NCBI GenBank assembly: GCA_041393535.1
Contig: JAWKJY010000010.1
Location: 50,363-114,362, forward strand
DNA length: 64,000 nucleotides
Reading direction: 5' to 3'
Origin: Thermoleophilia bacterium
Lineage (GTDB): Bacteria; Actinomycetota; Thermoleophilia; Gaiellales; Gaiellaceae
Positions 37,451 to 46,232 of the stretch are shown here, piece by piece. Every line of letters starts with the position of its first letter. Position 1 is the stretch's first letter. The translations under genes were made by a program, and so were the position numbers. The notes under the pieces were generated by a model, which saw nothing but the letters and a program-made list of their open reading frames with translations, was not told the DNA's origin and did no database searches.

Positions 37451-37481
37451 GCGAACGGGCCGGCTGGGCCGGCCCGTTCGC
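37451..37481 (-). terminator. stem-loop downstream of flagellin copy 2
   Basis: GCGAACGGGCCGGC-YYR-GCCGGCCCGTTCGC (14-bp stem) followed by GTTCCCGGG on the minus strand. Confidence 0.55.
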
Positions 37482-37526
37482 GTGCTTCCCTGGAGGGGGG
37501 CGCCGGGTGGCGCCCAGTCGCCCCCG

Positions 37527-38342
37527 TTACCTGAGAAGGCTCAGCACCGACTGGGGCGCCGAGTTGGCCTGGGACAGCATCGACGTCCCGGCCTGCTGCA
37601 GGATCTGCAGCTTCGTGAACTGCACCATCTCCGACGCCATGTCGACGTCGCGGATCCGGCTCTCCGACGCCTGCAGGTTCTCCTGGTAGACCGAGAGGCT
37701 GTTCATCGTGTGCTGCATCCGGTTCTGGATCGAACCGAACGTCGCACGCGAGCTCGACACGTTCGAGATCGCCGTGTCGATGTTCGACAGCGACACCGTC
37801 CCCGAGAACGTGAAGATCGCCGAGTCGACCTTGAAGGTCGCACCCGACCCGAACAGCGCGATCGCGCTCGTCGCGATCGTCTGCGCATCCTCCGCACCGA
37901 CCTGGAACGTGATCGTGCTCGTCCCCGTCAGCAGCGCGATCCCGTTGAACTTGGTGTCCGACCCGACCGAGGACACCTGCGCACACAGCTGCGCAACCTC
38001 CGCCGTGATCGCCGCCTTGTCCGCCGTCGACAGCGTGCCGTTGTTGAACTGCACCGCCAGATCACGGACGCGCTGCAGCATCGCGTGCACCTCGGTCAGC
38101 GCACCCTCCGCCGTCTGCACCAGCGACACGCCGTCCATCGCGTTCCGCTGCGCCTGCGCCAGACCACCGATCTGCGACCGCAGCTTCTCCGAGATCGCCA
38201 GACCCGCCGCATCGTCCGCCGCCCGGTTGATCCGGAACCCGGACGCCAGGCGCTCCATCGACTGCGACATCTTGTGGCCGGTACCGACCAGCTGCCGATG
38301 CGCATTGAACGCCTCGACGTTGTTCTGGATACGAAGGCCCAT
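37527..38342 (-). CDS. fliC: flagellin, copy 2 (about 80% aa identity to copy 1 by eye), inverted orientation
   Basis: Start moved to MGLRIQNN (ATG 38342) behind AAGGAGGA. The C-terminus MASEMVQFTKLQILQQAGTSMLSQANSAPQSVLSLLR closely matches copy 1. Confidence 0.95.
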   Translation of the reverse strand: MGLRIQNNVEAFNAHRQLVGTGHKMSQSMERLASGFRINRAADDAAGLAISEKLRSQIGGLAQAQRNAMDGVSLVQTAEGALTEVHAMLQRVRDLAVQFNNGTLSTADKAAITAEVAQLCAQVSSVGSDTKFNGIALLTGTSTITFQVGAEDAQTIATSAIALFGSGATFKVDSAIFTFSGTVSLSNIDTAISNVSSSRATFGSIQNRMQHTMNSLSVYQENLQASESRIRDVDMASEMVQFTKLQILQQAGTSMLSQANSAPQSVLSLLR

Positions 38343-38449
38343 GCTCTTCCTCCTTGAAGAACCGACTGGAACCCATGGGGCCAAACCCACCAGCCCCGAC
38401 CACCATCCATGGCGGCCAACCCGGTGATCGCCCACGGCGCCCGCCGCTC

Positions 38450-38475
38450 CACGGCTCGATCGAGGGATCCTGCGC
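38450..38475 (-). promoter_or_regulatory. 26-nt conserved upstream motif, copy B (108 nt upstream of flagellin copy 2)
   Basis: Minus strand: GCGCAGGATCCCTCGATCGAGCCGTG. 22 of 26 positions are identical to copy A, including the first 16. Confidence 0.35.
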
Positions 38476-38517
38476 CCGCGATGTCGCGCTCGAGCGCGAG
38501 CCGGACCGGGCCCGGAA

Positions 38518-38553
38518 AGGCGAAAACCCCCTGGTGTCAGGAGGTTTTCGCCC
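38518..38553. other. AT-containing hairpin in the flagellin-2 upstream region
   Basis: GGCGAAAACC-N14-GGTTTTCGCC. On the minus strand it is followed by TTTCC. Confidence 0.35.
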
Positions 38554-38874
38554 GTCGTCCCCTATGTCCCCTGCGTGGGGTTGCTCCTGCGCAGATTTTC
38601 GGCCGAGAGGCTCGCTCGCCGGAGGCGGGCGGCAGGCCGGCCTGCGTCAGGACTTGGTTGCGATGGTCGAGCCGGCCGGGGCCTGGCTCACCTCGCAGAT
38701 CGGTGTCTTCTTCCGTGAAGCGCGATGTCTGCGACGGCGGCGGCGACGTTCCGTGTCGTTCCGCACCGCTCGATGTCGCATCGGGCGGCAACCGTGTCAT
38801 CGGCGGCCTCCCCACCGGCCACGTGCCCCGACCGGGGGAATTCCGCGTCACCCGTCCGGTCGCGCTCGCGCGGC

Positions 38875-39054
38875 TCAGGCGCGCACGTCGACGTGCCCGT
38901 CGGCCTCCGCCTCCTCGCGCCGGTGCCGGTCGCCGTCGTGCTCGCGGCGGCGCTCCTCGTCCTCCTCGGGCGGCCGCTCGTAGACCCGTCGGGTCGGGCG
39001 GACGGGCGCGGCGCGCTCGACGCGGCTCGACGAGACGGGCTCGATCGGCCTCAC
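38875..39054 (-). CDS. 59-aa highly charged ORF (below the ORF-track cutoff)
   Basis: GTG 39054 makes a GTGA overlap with the upstream stop. Almost every codon ends in G/C. Product VRPIEPVSSSRVERAAPVRPTRRVYERPPEEDEERRREHDGDRHRREEAEADGHVDVRA. Confidence 0.35.
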   Translation of the reverse strand: MRPIEPVSSSRVERAAPVRPTRRVYERPPEEDEERRREHDGDRHRREEAEADGHVDVRA

Positions 39055-39380
39055 GACTCACCGCCGCTCGCGGCCTCGCGCTGGCGCCGTCGCTCCGCGA
39101 GGACGCGCTCGATCGCGACGCGCGCCTCGGCGCGCAGGTACGCGCGCCACCACGCGACGGCCGCGACCCAGCAGACGAGGTTCCCGGCGATCCCGCCGAT
39201 CACCCCGCGCCAGAGCGCGTCCGTCAGCGAGGCGTCGTTCGTCAGGCTGAGCACGACCGCGAGCAGGAACCCGATCAGCCCGCCCATCGCCTTGGCGCGC
39301 CGGATGCCGTACGCGGCCCGGGGCTCCTCCCCGGGCGAGACCATCGGCAGCGCGCGCCCGGTCGTCTCGTCGACGGCCAT
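39051..39380 (-). CDS. small 2-TM membrane protein
   Basis: MAVDETT start (TGATG overlap with the PilZ stop). TM segments GGLIGFLLAVVLSL and GGIAGNLVCWVAAVAWW. Confidence 0.5.
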   Translation of the reverse strand: MAVDETTGRALPMVSPGEEPRAAYGIRRAKAMGGLIGFLLAVVLSLTNDASLTDALWRGVIGGIAGNLVCWVAAVAWWRAYLRAEARVAIERVLAERRRQREAASGGES

Positions 39381-40012
39381 CAGCGGCGCTCCTGGCCGCG
39401 GGAGAGGTCGCCGACGTGCACCGCGTTGCGCAGGCGCGCGAAGACGAAGCGGATCAGGCGCTCGCGGTCGGGCGGCGCGATCAGCTCGAACTGCATGCCG
39501 AGGCTGTCGTCGTCGGCGCGGCGGACGACGCGGGCGAGCATCGCGATCGGCGCGTCGTCGGGCACGTGCAGCGTCAGGCGGGTCGACGCGTCGAGCTCGA
39601 GGTCGGCCGGCAGGTGGGCGCGCACGCCGCCGCCGGAGACGTCGAGCGTGATGCCCTGCACCGGCTTCCACAGCTCGGGGGGCGCGATGTCGAGGTCGAG
39701 GAAGGCCGAGGCGCGCACGTGCTCGCGTCGCTGCTGCACGACCGGGTCGCTCGCCAGCTCGATCGTCAGGAGCGGCACGCGGCCCGGGACGCGCCCGGTC
39801 ACGACGCCCTGCACGCGCGCGGGGCCGCGCCCCGTCGTCCACGCGAGGTCGACGACCTGCCCGTTCGGGACGACGAACGTCGCGAGCCCGTCCGACGGGA
39901 ACGCGATGTGCACGTGGCCGGGCGCGGAGTCCTCGACGCGCGAGGCGAGCTCGGTCTCCCAGTCGTGCACGAAGACGGCGATGTGCTGGTTGGGCTCGGG
40001 CAGCAGGCTCAT
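39380..40012 (-). CDS. YcgR-like PilZ-domain protein (c-di-GMP effector), copy 2
   Basis: RxxxR (QQRREHVR) and DxSxxG (DVSGGG) motifs. The N-terminal half resembles a PilZN domain. Confidence 0.8.
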   Translation of the reverse strand: MSLLPEPNQHIAVFVHDWETELASRVEDSAPGHVHIAFPSDGLATFVVPNGQVVDLAWTTGRGPARVQGVVTGRVPGRVPLLTIELASDPVVQQRREHVRASAFLDLDIAPPELWKPVQGITLDVSGGGVRAHLPADLELDASTRLTLHVPDDAPIAMLARVVRRADDDSLGMQFELIAPPDRERLIRFVFARLRNAVHVGDLSRGQERR

Positions 40013-40025
40013 CCGTTCGCTCCCG

Positions 40026-40646
40026 TCAGGCGGCGCGCTCGCGGCGCAGGATGTCGTCGCGCACGCGCAGGAACGCGTGCCGCGTCAGGCGCTCGCGGTC
40101 GGGCGCCGAGATCAGCTCGAAGCGGAAGCCGAGCGCGTGCTCGCCGGCCTGGCGCACGACCCTGGCCGTGAACGAGACCGGCCGCTCCTCCGGCAGGGCC
40201 ACGCTGAAGCGGCCCACCTCCCCCACGCCCATCGCGTGCGGCAGGAGCGCGCGCATGCCGCCCCCGGAGAGGTCGAGCGTCGTCCCGCGCGCTGTCGCGC
40301 CGCCGCCGAGCCCGAGCAGCTCGATGTCGATCAGCGCGTGGGCGCGGATGTGCTCGCGCCGCTGCATGATCACGGGCGGCCCGAGCAGCTGGACGGCGAA
40401 GGCCGCCTCCCCCGCCGACTGCGCGACCACGATCCCCGGGATCCACGCCACCCCGGCCGCCGTCGACCAGCCGATCTCGACCGGCATCCCCACCTGCAGC
40501 CCGTAGGCCCGGCGGCCGTCGCTCGGCGCCGCGACGACCAGCCGCTGCGAGACCGCGTCGACCACGCGGGACGAGAAGTCCTCGCCCCAGTCGGGGACGC
40601 GCAGGCGGACGAGCCGGTCGATCTCGGGGCCGCGGGACGGGTTCAC
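40026..40646 (-). CDS. YcgR-like PilZ-domain protein (c-di-GMP effector), copy 1
   Basis: MQRREHIR and DLSGGG motifs. The start overlaps the flhF stop by 4 nt. Confidence 0.8.
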   Translation of the reverse strand: MNPSRGPEIDRLVRLRVPDWGEDFSSRVVDAVSQRLVVAAPSDGRRAYGLQVGMPVEIGWSTAAGVAWIPGIVVAQSAGEAAFAVQLLGPPVIMQRREHIRAHALIDIELLGLGGGATARGTTLDLSGGGMRALLPHAMGVGEVGRFSVALPEERPVSFTARVVRQAGEHALGFRFELISAPDRERLTRHAFLRVRDDILRRERAA

Positions 40647-41971
40647 GGCAGCACCAGCGAGGCGAGCAGGCCCGGGTCGGCGGGACGGAGGCCGGCCTTC
40701 ACGTCGCGGCCGCTCGCGACGTACGAGACCGGCCGGCAGACCGAGAGCGCGAGGCCGACCGGGCCGCCGACCGGGCCGCCCTCGTCCGTGCGGGCGACGA
40801 CGATCTGCGTCACCTCGACCGTGCGGCCGAGCGCGTCGGCGAGCGCCTTCGCCGCCCGCGCGTCGGTCGTCGCCGGGACGACCAGGTGCACCTCGTCGGG
40901 CCGCACCACGTCGAGCAGGTCGCCGACGAGCACGATCGTCTCCTGGTCGCCGGCCGAGACGGCGGGCGTGTCGACGACGACGAGCTCCTCGCGGGCCAGG
41001 CGCCGGATCGCGCGGGCGGCCTCGGCCGGCGTCGCGGCGGCGCGCAGGTCGAGGTCGAGGTGGTCGGTCAGCGTCGCGAGCCGCTCGGCGCCGTCGGCGC
41101 CCTCGAGGCTGAGCGCGGCGACGGAGAGCTGCCCCGCGCTCGCGTAGGCGTGGCAGAGCTTCGCGGCGACGGTCGTCTTGCCGGCGCCGGCGGCGCCGAC
41201 GACCGCGATCGTGCGCCGCTCCGTCGTCCAGCCGCTGGCCACCCGGATCCGCCGCGCGAGCGCCTTGCGCACCTGGGCGGTCAGCGGCTCGGCCGGCTCG
41301 AGCGGCCGGACGTGCAGCTCGACCTCGCGCACCAGCTCGGCGGCGAGCGGCGGCGGGATCGCGGCGGCGACGAGGGCGTCGTGGACGCCCGCGGCGAGCG
41401 GCTCCTCCGGGCGCTCGGGGGGCGGGAGCGGCGCGGCGCGGACGAGGCCCGGCTCCGGCTCGACGACGAGCGCGGGCGCGGATGCGACGGGCGCCGGCGG
41501 CTCGACGGACACGGGCGCGGCGACGACGGGCGCCGCCGCGGCGGCCGGCGGCTCGGGTGCGAGGACGGCGGCGCGCACGGCGCGCTCGATCCGCTGGTCG
41601 GCCTGGTCGAGGTGGTCGGCGAACGGCGACGTCCCCGCGATCAGCGCGGACAGGATCGTGCTCTCGGCGAGCGCCTCGGAGGGCGCGATCTCACCGCCCG
41701 CGTCGTACGCGTCGAGGACCCGCCGCGGCGGGAGCGCAGGGGCGACCGGCGGGCGCGACGTGCCGCCCGGGTCGGCGTGGAGCGCCGGCCCGGCCGGCGC
41801 CTCGGCCTCGACCTCGATGCACCTCTTCCCGAAGAAGCCGCCGATGCCGCCGACGACGCCGTCGCGCTGCTTCGTGATCACCGCCTCCGGGCCCAGCTCC
41901 GCCCGGATCAGCGGCAGGACGTCCTCGAGGCTCCGGCCCCGGTACGTCTTCCTCTCGACGGTCGCGCTCAC
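40643..41971 (-). CDS. flhF: flagellar biosynthesis GTPase FlhF
   Basis: B-domain N-terminus (YRGRSLEDVLPLIRAELGPEAVI) and SRP-type G domain (IAVVGAAGAGKTTVAAKL, VVDTPA). Confidence 0.85.
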   Translation of the reverse strand: MSATVERKTYRGRSLEDVLPLIRAELGPEAVITKQRDGVVGGIGGFFGKRCIEVEAEAPAGPALHADPGGTSRPPVAPALPPRRVLDAYDAGGEIAPSEALAESTILSALIAGTSPFADHLDQADQRIERAVRAAVLAPEPPAAAAAPVVAAPVSVEPPAPVASAPALVVEPEPGLVRAAPLPPPERPEEPLAAGVHDALVAAAIPPPLAAELVREVELHVRPLEPAEPLTAQVRKALARRIRVASGWTTERRTIAVVGAAGAGKTTVAAKLCHAYASAGQLSVAALSLEGADGAERLATLTDHLDLDLRAAATPAEAARAIRRLAREELVVVDTPAVSAGDQETIVLVGDLLDVVRPDEVHLVVPATTDARAAKALADALGRTVEVTQIVVARTDEGGPVGGPVGLALSVCRPVSYVASGRDVKAGLRPADPGLLASLVLP

Positions 41972-41992
41972 GACATCACCTCGGTCTTCGGT

Positions 41993-42020
41993 CGATCGAC
42001 GGATACGGGGGAAACACGAG
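41993..42020 (-). promoter_or_regulatory. weak sigma-28-type promoter candidate upstream of flhF
   Basis: CTCGTG-N14-GTCGATCG. The -10 element is good, the -35 element matches only CTC. Confidence 0.2.
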
Positions 42021-42083
42021 GGGCGAGGGCCGAGAATCCCTCGACCTGCGTCACCCGGACGGGGGCGGACGGGCGGGCGGGCA

Positions 42084-44150
42084 CTAGGTCACCATCCCCG
42101 CGGTCTCGACCCGGATGCCCGGGACGATCTCGTTGTAGGAGATGACCGGCAGCTGCGGGAACGCCTGCTCGATCAGACGGCGCAGGTGGCGGCGAACACG
42201 GCTCGAGCACACGAGCACGGGCCGCATTCCCATCGCGGTCGCCTGGTCGACGTAGCCCGACAGCGAGCCCACGAGCTGCTGCGCGCGGCCCGGGTCCAGT
42301 GCCAGGTACTCGCCGTCGGGCGTCTGTGCGAGCGACTCGGCGATCTCCTGCTCGAGCGTCGGGTCGAGCGAGATCGCGCGCAGCGTGTGCTCGTCGTCGA
42401 CGTAGCCGGCCGTGATCGCCCGGCCGAGCGCCTGGCGCGCGTACTCCGCGAGGATGCCCGGGTCGCGCGTGAGCATCGCCTTGTCGCCGACCGCCTCGAG
42501 GATCGTCCCGAGGTCGCGGATCGAGACGCCCTCCCGGAGCAGGTGCTGCAGGACGCGCTGGACCTCGCCGACGCCGAGCCGGTCCGGGACGACGTCCTCG
42601 ACCGCGGCGGAGTTCTGCTCCTTCAGCGCGTCGAGCAGCTTCTTCGTCTCCTGGCGCGTGAGCAGCTCGTCCGCGTGGCGGCGGATCGTCTCCGTCAGGT
42701 GGGTGACGACGACCGACTCGGCGTCGACGACCGTCCAGCCGAGCGCCTCCGCCTCGGAGCGGCTGCCGTCCTCGATCCAGACGGCCGGCAGGCCGAACGC
42801 GGGCTCGACGGTGGCGATGCCCGCGAGGCCGGGGACCGCGTCGCCCGGGTTCATCGCGAGGCGGTGGCCCGGGACGATCCGGCCGCGCGCGACCTCCGCG
42901 CCGCGGACGCGGACGGCGTACTCGTGCGAGTCGAGCGTGACGTCGTCGTGGATCCGGACGGGCGCGATCACGACGCCGAGGTCGTGGGCGATCTGACGGC
43001 GGATGACGCCGACGCGCTGGAGCAGGCCTCCGCCGGCGCGCTGGTCGACGAGCGGCACGAGGCCGAAGCCGATCGCGAGCTCGAGCGGGTCGATCTGGAG
43101 CGCGCCCATCGCCGCGTCCTGCGGCGGCGGCGCCTCCGGCACGAGCGCGGCCGCCTCCTCCTCCTGGCGCTTCGCCTCCTCCGCCAGCGCCTGCTGCTTC
43201 AGCACGCGGCCGAGCATGAAGATGCCGCCGCCGACGAGCAGGAAGGGGAGCTTCGGCAGGCCGGGGACGAGCGCGAGCCCGGCGATCAGGATCCCGGCGA
43301 TCATCGGCGCGCGCGGCTGCTTCAGCATCTGCTTCGCGAGGTCGCCGCCGAGGTCGCCGGACGAGGCCGAGCGCGTCACGAGCACGCCGGTCGCGGTCGA
43401 GATCAGCAGCGCGGGGATCTGCGCGGCGATGCCGTCGCCGATGGTCAGGATCGAGAAGGTCTGGAGCGCCTCCGAGAACGACATGCCGCTCTGCATGACG
43501 CCGACGGCGATGCCGCCGACGAGGTTGATCAGCACGATCACGACGCCGGCGATCGCATCGCCCTTGACGAACTTCGAGGCGCCGTCCATCGCGCCGTAGA
43601 AGTCCGCCTCCCGCGCGATGTCGTCGCGGCGCTTGCGCGCCTCCTGGTCGGTGATCTGCCCGGCGTTCAGGTCGGCGTCGATCGCCATCTGCTTGCCGGG
43701 CATCGCGTCGAGCGTGAAGCGGGCGGCCACCTCGGCGATGCGCCCGGCGCCGTTCGTGATCACGACGAACTGGATCACGACGAGGATCAGGAAGACGACG
43801 AGGCCGACGACGAGGTTGCCGCCGACGACGAACGAGCCGAACGAGTGGATGACGCTGCCCGCGTCCCCGTGCAGGAGGATCAGGCGCGTCACCGAGATGT
43901 TGATCGCGAGCCGGAAGAGCGTCGTGATCAGGAGCATCGAGGGGAAGGCCGCGAAGTCCAGCGCCCTCGGCACGAACATCGTCGTGATCAGGATCCCCAG
44001 CCCCGCCGTGATGTTCAGCGTGATCAGGATGTCGAGGATCGTCGCCGGGAGCGGGACGATCATCATCACGATCACGACGACGATCGCGACGACCGCGAGC
44101 AGGTCGGCGTGCTTCAGCAGGCGCCCCCGGCCGATCGCCTTCTCGTTCAC
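42084..44150 (-). CDS. flhA: flagellar export apparatus protein FlhA
   Basis: 688 aa. FHIPEP-type motifs (VVGGNLVVG, ARFTLDAMPGKQMAIDADL). Confidence 0.95.
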   Translation of the reverse strand: MNEKAIGRGRLLKHADLLAVVAIVVVIVMMIVPLPATILDILITLNITAGLGILITTMFVPRALDFAAFPSMLLITTLFRLAINISVTRLILLHGDAGSVIHSFGSFVVGGNLVVGLVVFLILVVIQFVVITNGAGRIAEVAARFTLDAMPGKQMAIDADLNAGQITDQEARKRRDDIAREADFYGAMDGASKFVKGDAIAGVVIVLINLVGGIAVGVMQSGMSFSEALQTFSILTIGDGIAAQIPALLISTATGVLVTRSASSGDLGGDLAKQMLKQPRAPMIAGILIAGLALVPGLPKLPFLLVGGGIFMLGRVLKQQALAEEAKRQEEEAAALVPEAPPPQDAAMGALQIDPLELAIGFGLVPLVDQRAGGGLLQRVGVIRRQIAHDLGVVIAPVRIHDDVTLDSHEYAVRVRGAEVARGRIVPGHRLAMNPGDAVPGLAGIATVEPAFGLPAVWIEDGSRSEAEALGWTVVDAESVVVTHLTETIRRHADELLTRQETKKLLDALKEQNSAAVEDVVPDRLGVGEVQRVLQHLLREGVSIRDLGTILEAVGDKAMLTRDPGILAEYARQALGRAITAGYVDDEHTLRAISLDPTLEQEIAESLAQTPDGEYLALDPGRAQQLVGSLSGYVDQATAMGMRPVLVCSSRVRRHLRRLIEQAFPQLPVISYNEIVPGIRVETAGMVT

Positions 44151-44240
44151 GGGCGATCACCCCCGGGCAGGGGCGAGGCGCACGGCGTGGCCGGGCCAGT
44201 GCGCAGGACGGGACGACTGCCGTTCCGCAACGTAGCCGGG

Positions 44241-44268
44241 TAGTCGGCCGGGCCCGCAGCTCCTTGAG
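44241..44268 (-). promoter_or_regulatory. sigma-28-type promoter candidate in the flhB-flhA gap
   Basis: CTCAAG-N14-GCCGACTA, 90 nt upstream of the flhA start. Confidence 0.5.
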
Positions 44269-44344
44269 CGACGGGCGTCGCGACCGCGCGACGCCGAGCG
44301 CGCAGGGGCCCGCGGGAGCAGCGGCGCGCCGCTCCCCCGCGTCG

Positions 44345-45415
44345 CTAGGCGGTGCGGGCCCGGCTGCGCCTGGCGGTGCGGTAGACGAAGGCGAGCACCT
44401 CGGCGACGGCGGAGTAGAACGCCTCGGGGATCATCTGGCCGAGCTCGACCTCGCGGTAGAGCGCGCGGGCGAGCGGCGGGTTCGAGAGGATCGGCACCCC
44501 GTGCTCCTCGGCGACGCGGCGGATCGCGGCGGCGACGTGGTCCTGGCCCTTCGCCACGACCTCGGGCGCGGGCACCTTGCCGTCGTAGCGCAGCGCCACC
44601 GCGAAGTGGGTGGGGTTCGTGACGACGACGTCCGCGCTCGGCACCTCGGCGAGCATGCGGCGCCGGGCGAGCTCGAACTGGCGGCGCTTGATCTGGCCCT
44701 TGACCTCCGGAGCGACGTCGCCCTCGCGCGCCTCGCGCTTGACCTCCTCCTTGGTCATCCTCATGCCCTTCTCGTGCTGGTAGCGCTGCCACCAGGCGTC
44801 GGCGACCGCGATCAGCACGAAGGCCCCGCCCACCCAGAGGCAGACGGTGAGGACGAGCGAGGAGATCTTCGCGAGGATCGCCGCCGGCGGCAGGCCGACC
44901 AGGATCGCGAGCTCCGGCAGCTTCGGCCAGATCGCGAGGAACGCCGCGAGGCCGACGACCCCCACCTTGACGACGTTCTTGACCAGCTCGAACAGCGACT
45001 GCGGCCCGAACACGCGCTTGAACCCCGAGAGCGGGTTGATCTTCTTGAACGACGGGGCGACCGCCTTCGGCGTCAGCTGGAAGCCGACCTGGCTGACGCT
45101 CGCGATCAGGCCGGCGAGCGCGCCGACCGCGAAGAAGGGCGCCACGACGCCGATCGTCGCGCCGAGCGCCCAGCCCGCGACGCCGCCGATCGCCGACCGC
45201 GTGGCGAGGCTCGGGTCGCCGGCCTGCTGGAGCCCCTGGGTCATGATCTCCTGGAACTGCTCGAGCAGCCTCGGGCCCGCGATCCCGAGCACGGCGATCG
45301 CCGCCAGCAGCACGAAGGCGGTGTTGATCTCCATCGAGCGGGCGACCTGGCCCTTCTTGCGCGCCTCCTCGCGGCGCTTGGGCGTCGCCTTCTCGGTCTT
45401 CGACGGGTCGGCCAT
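44345..45415 (-). CDS. flhB: flagellar export apparatus protein FlhB
   Basis: KTEKATPKRREEARKKGQVARS N-terminus. NPTH autocleavage site (VVTNPTHFAVALRYD). Confidence 0.95.
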   Translation of the reverse strand: MADPSKTEKATPKRREEARKKGQVARSMEINTAFVLLAAIAVLGIAGPRLLEQFQEIMTQGLQQAGDPSLATRSAIGGVAGWALGATIGVVAPFFAVGALAGLIASVSQVGFQLTPKAVAPSFKKINPLSGFKRVFGPQSLFELVKNVVKVGVVGLAAFLAIWPKLPELAILVGLPPAAILAKISSLVLTVCLWVGGAFVLIAVADAWWQRYQHEKGMRMTKEEVKREAREGDVAPEVKGQIKRRQFELARRRMLAEVPSADVVVTNPTHFAVALRYDGKVPAPEVVAKGQDHVAAAIRRVAEEHGVPILSNPPLARALYREVELGQMIPEAFYSAVAEVLAFVYRTARRSRARTA

Positions 45416-45421
45416 CGCCGG

Positions 45422-46222
45422 CTACCCCGCGCCCAGGAAGCGGAGCGCGTCGTAGACCGCGCCCTCGAGCTCCGAGCGGACGCTCGTGGCGACGATCGGG
45501 AGCGAGACGGCCATCACGCCGAACGCGACCAGCACCTTCGCCGGCAGGCCGAGCGTGAAGACGTTCATCTGCGGCGCGGCGCGCGAGACGATGCCGAACG
45601 CGACGTCGGTGACGACCAGGCAGATCAGCACCGGCGCGACCAGCTCGAGGCCGATGATCAGGATGTCGACGAAGCCGTGCAGCGCGAGCGCCGCGAGCGT
45701 GTCCAGGCCGGGCGTGGCCGCGAGCGGCACCACCTCGTAGGTCTTCGCGAGGCCGAGCACCATGATCTGGTCGCCGCCGGTGAGGAGGAAGACCATGGTG
45801 GCGACGAGCGCGTAGACCTGCCCGATCACGGCGTTGTGCGCGTTGTTGATCGGGTCGAGGACGGCGCCGAACGAGAAGCCGACGACCGTGTCGAGGACCG
45901 AGGCGCCGAGCTGGATCGCGCTCGAGATGACCTGGAGCGAGAAGGCGAACGCGATCCCGACGAGCACCTCCTTCAGGATCGTCCCGGCCAGGTCGAAGCC
46001 GTCGGCGGGCAGCGTCTGGCCGTCCGTCGCGATCGAGGCCATCGGGATCGAGAGCGCGAGCGCGGCGATCGCCTTCGCACGCCGCGGGATCATCGACGAC
46101 GAGAAGATCGGGGCGAGCAGGAACAGCGGCCCGACGCGGGAGAGCGCGAGCACGAAGCCGAGGACGGTGTCCCCCGCGACGCGGGGCAGCTCGATCCCGG
46201 ACAGCCCGGCGGCGACGCTCAC
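45422..46222 (-). CDS. fliR: flagellar export apparatus protein FliR
   Basis: 266 aa polytopic protein in the fliP-Q-R-flhB order. Confidence 0.9.
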   Translation of the reverse strand: MSVAAGLSGIELPRVAGDTVLGFVLALSRVGPLFLLAPIFSSSMIPRRAKAIAALALSIPMASIATDGQTLPADGFDLAGTILKEVLVGIAFAFSLQVISSAIQLGASVLDTVVGFSFGAVLDPINNAHNAVIGQVYALVATMVFLLTGGDQIMVLGLAKTYEVVPLAATPGLDTLAALALHGFVDILIIGLELVAPVLICLVVTDVAFGIVSRAAPQMNVFTLGLPAKVLVAFGVMAVSLPIVATSVRSELEGAVYDALRFLGAG

Positions 46223-46232
46223 CGCGGGCCGC

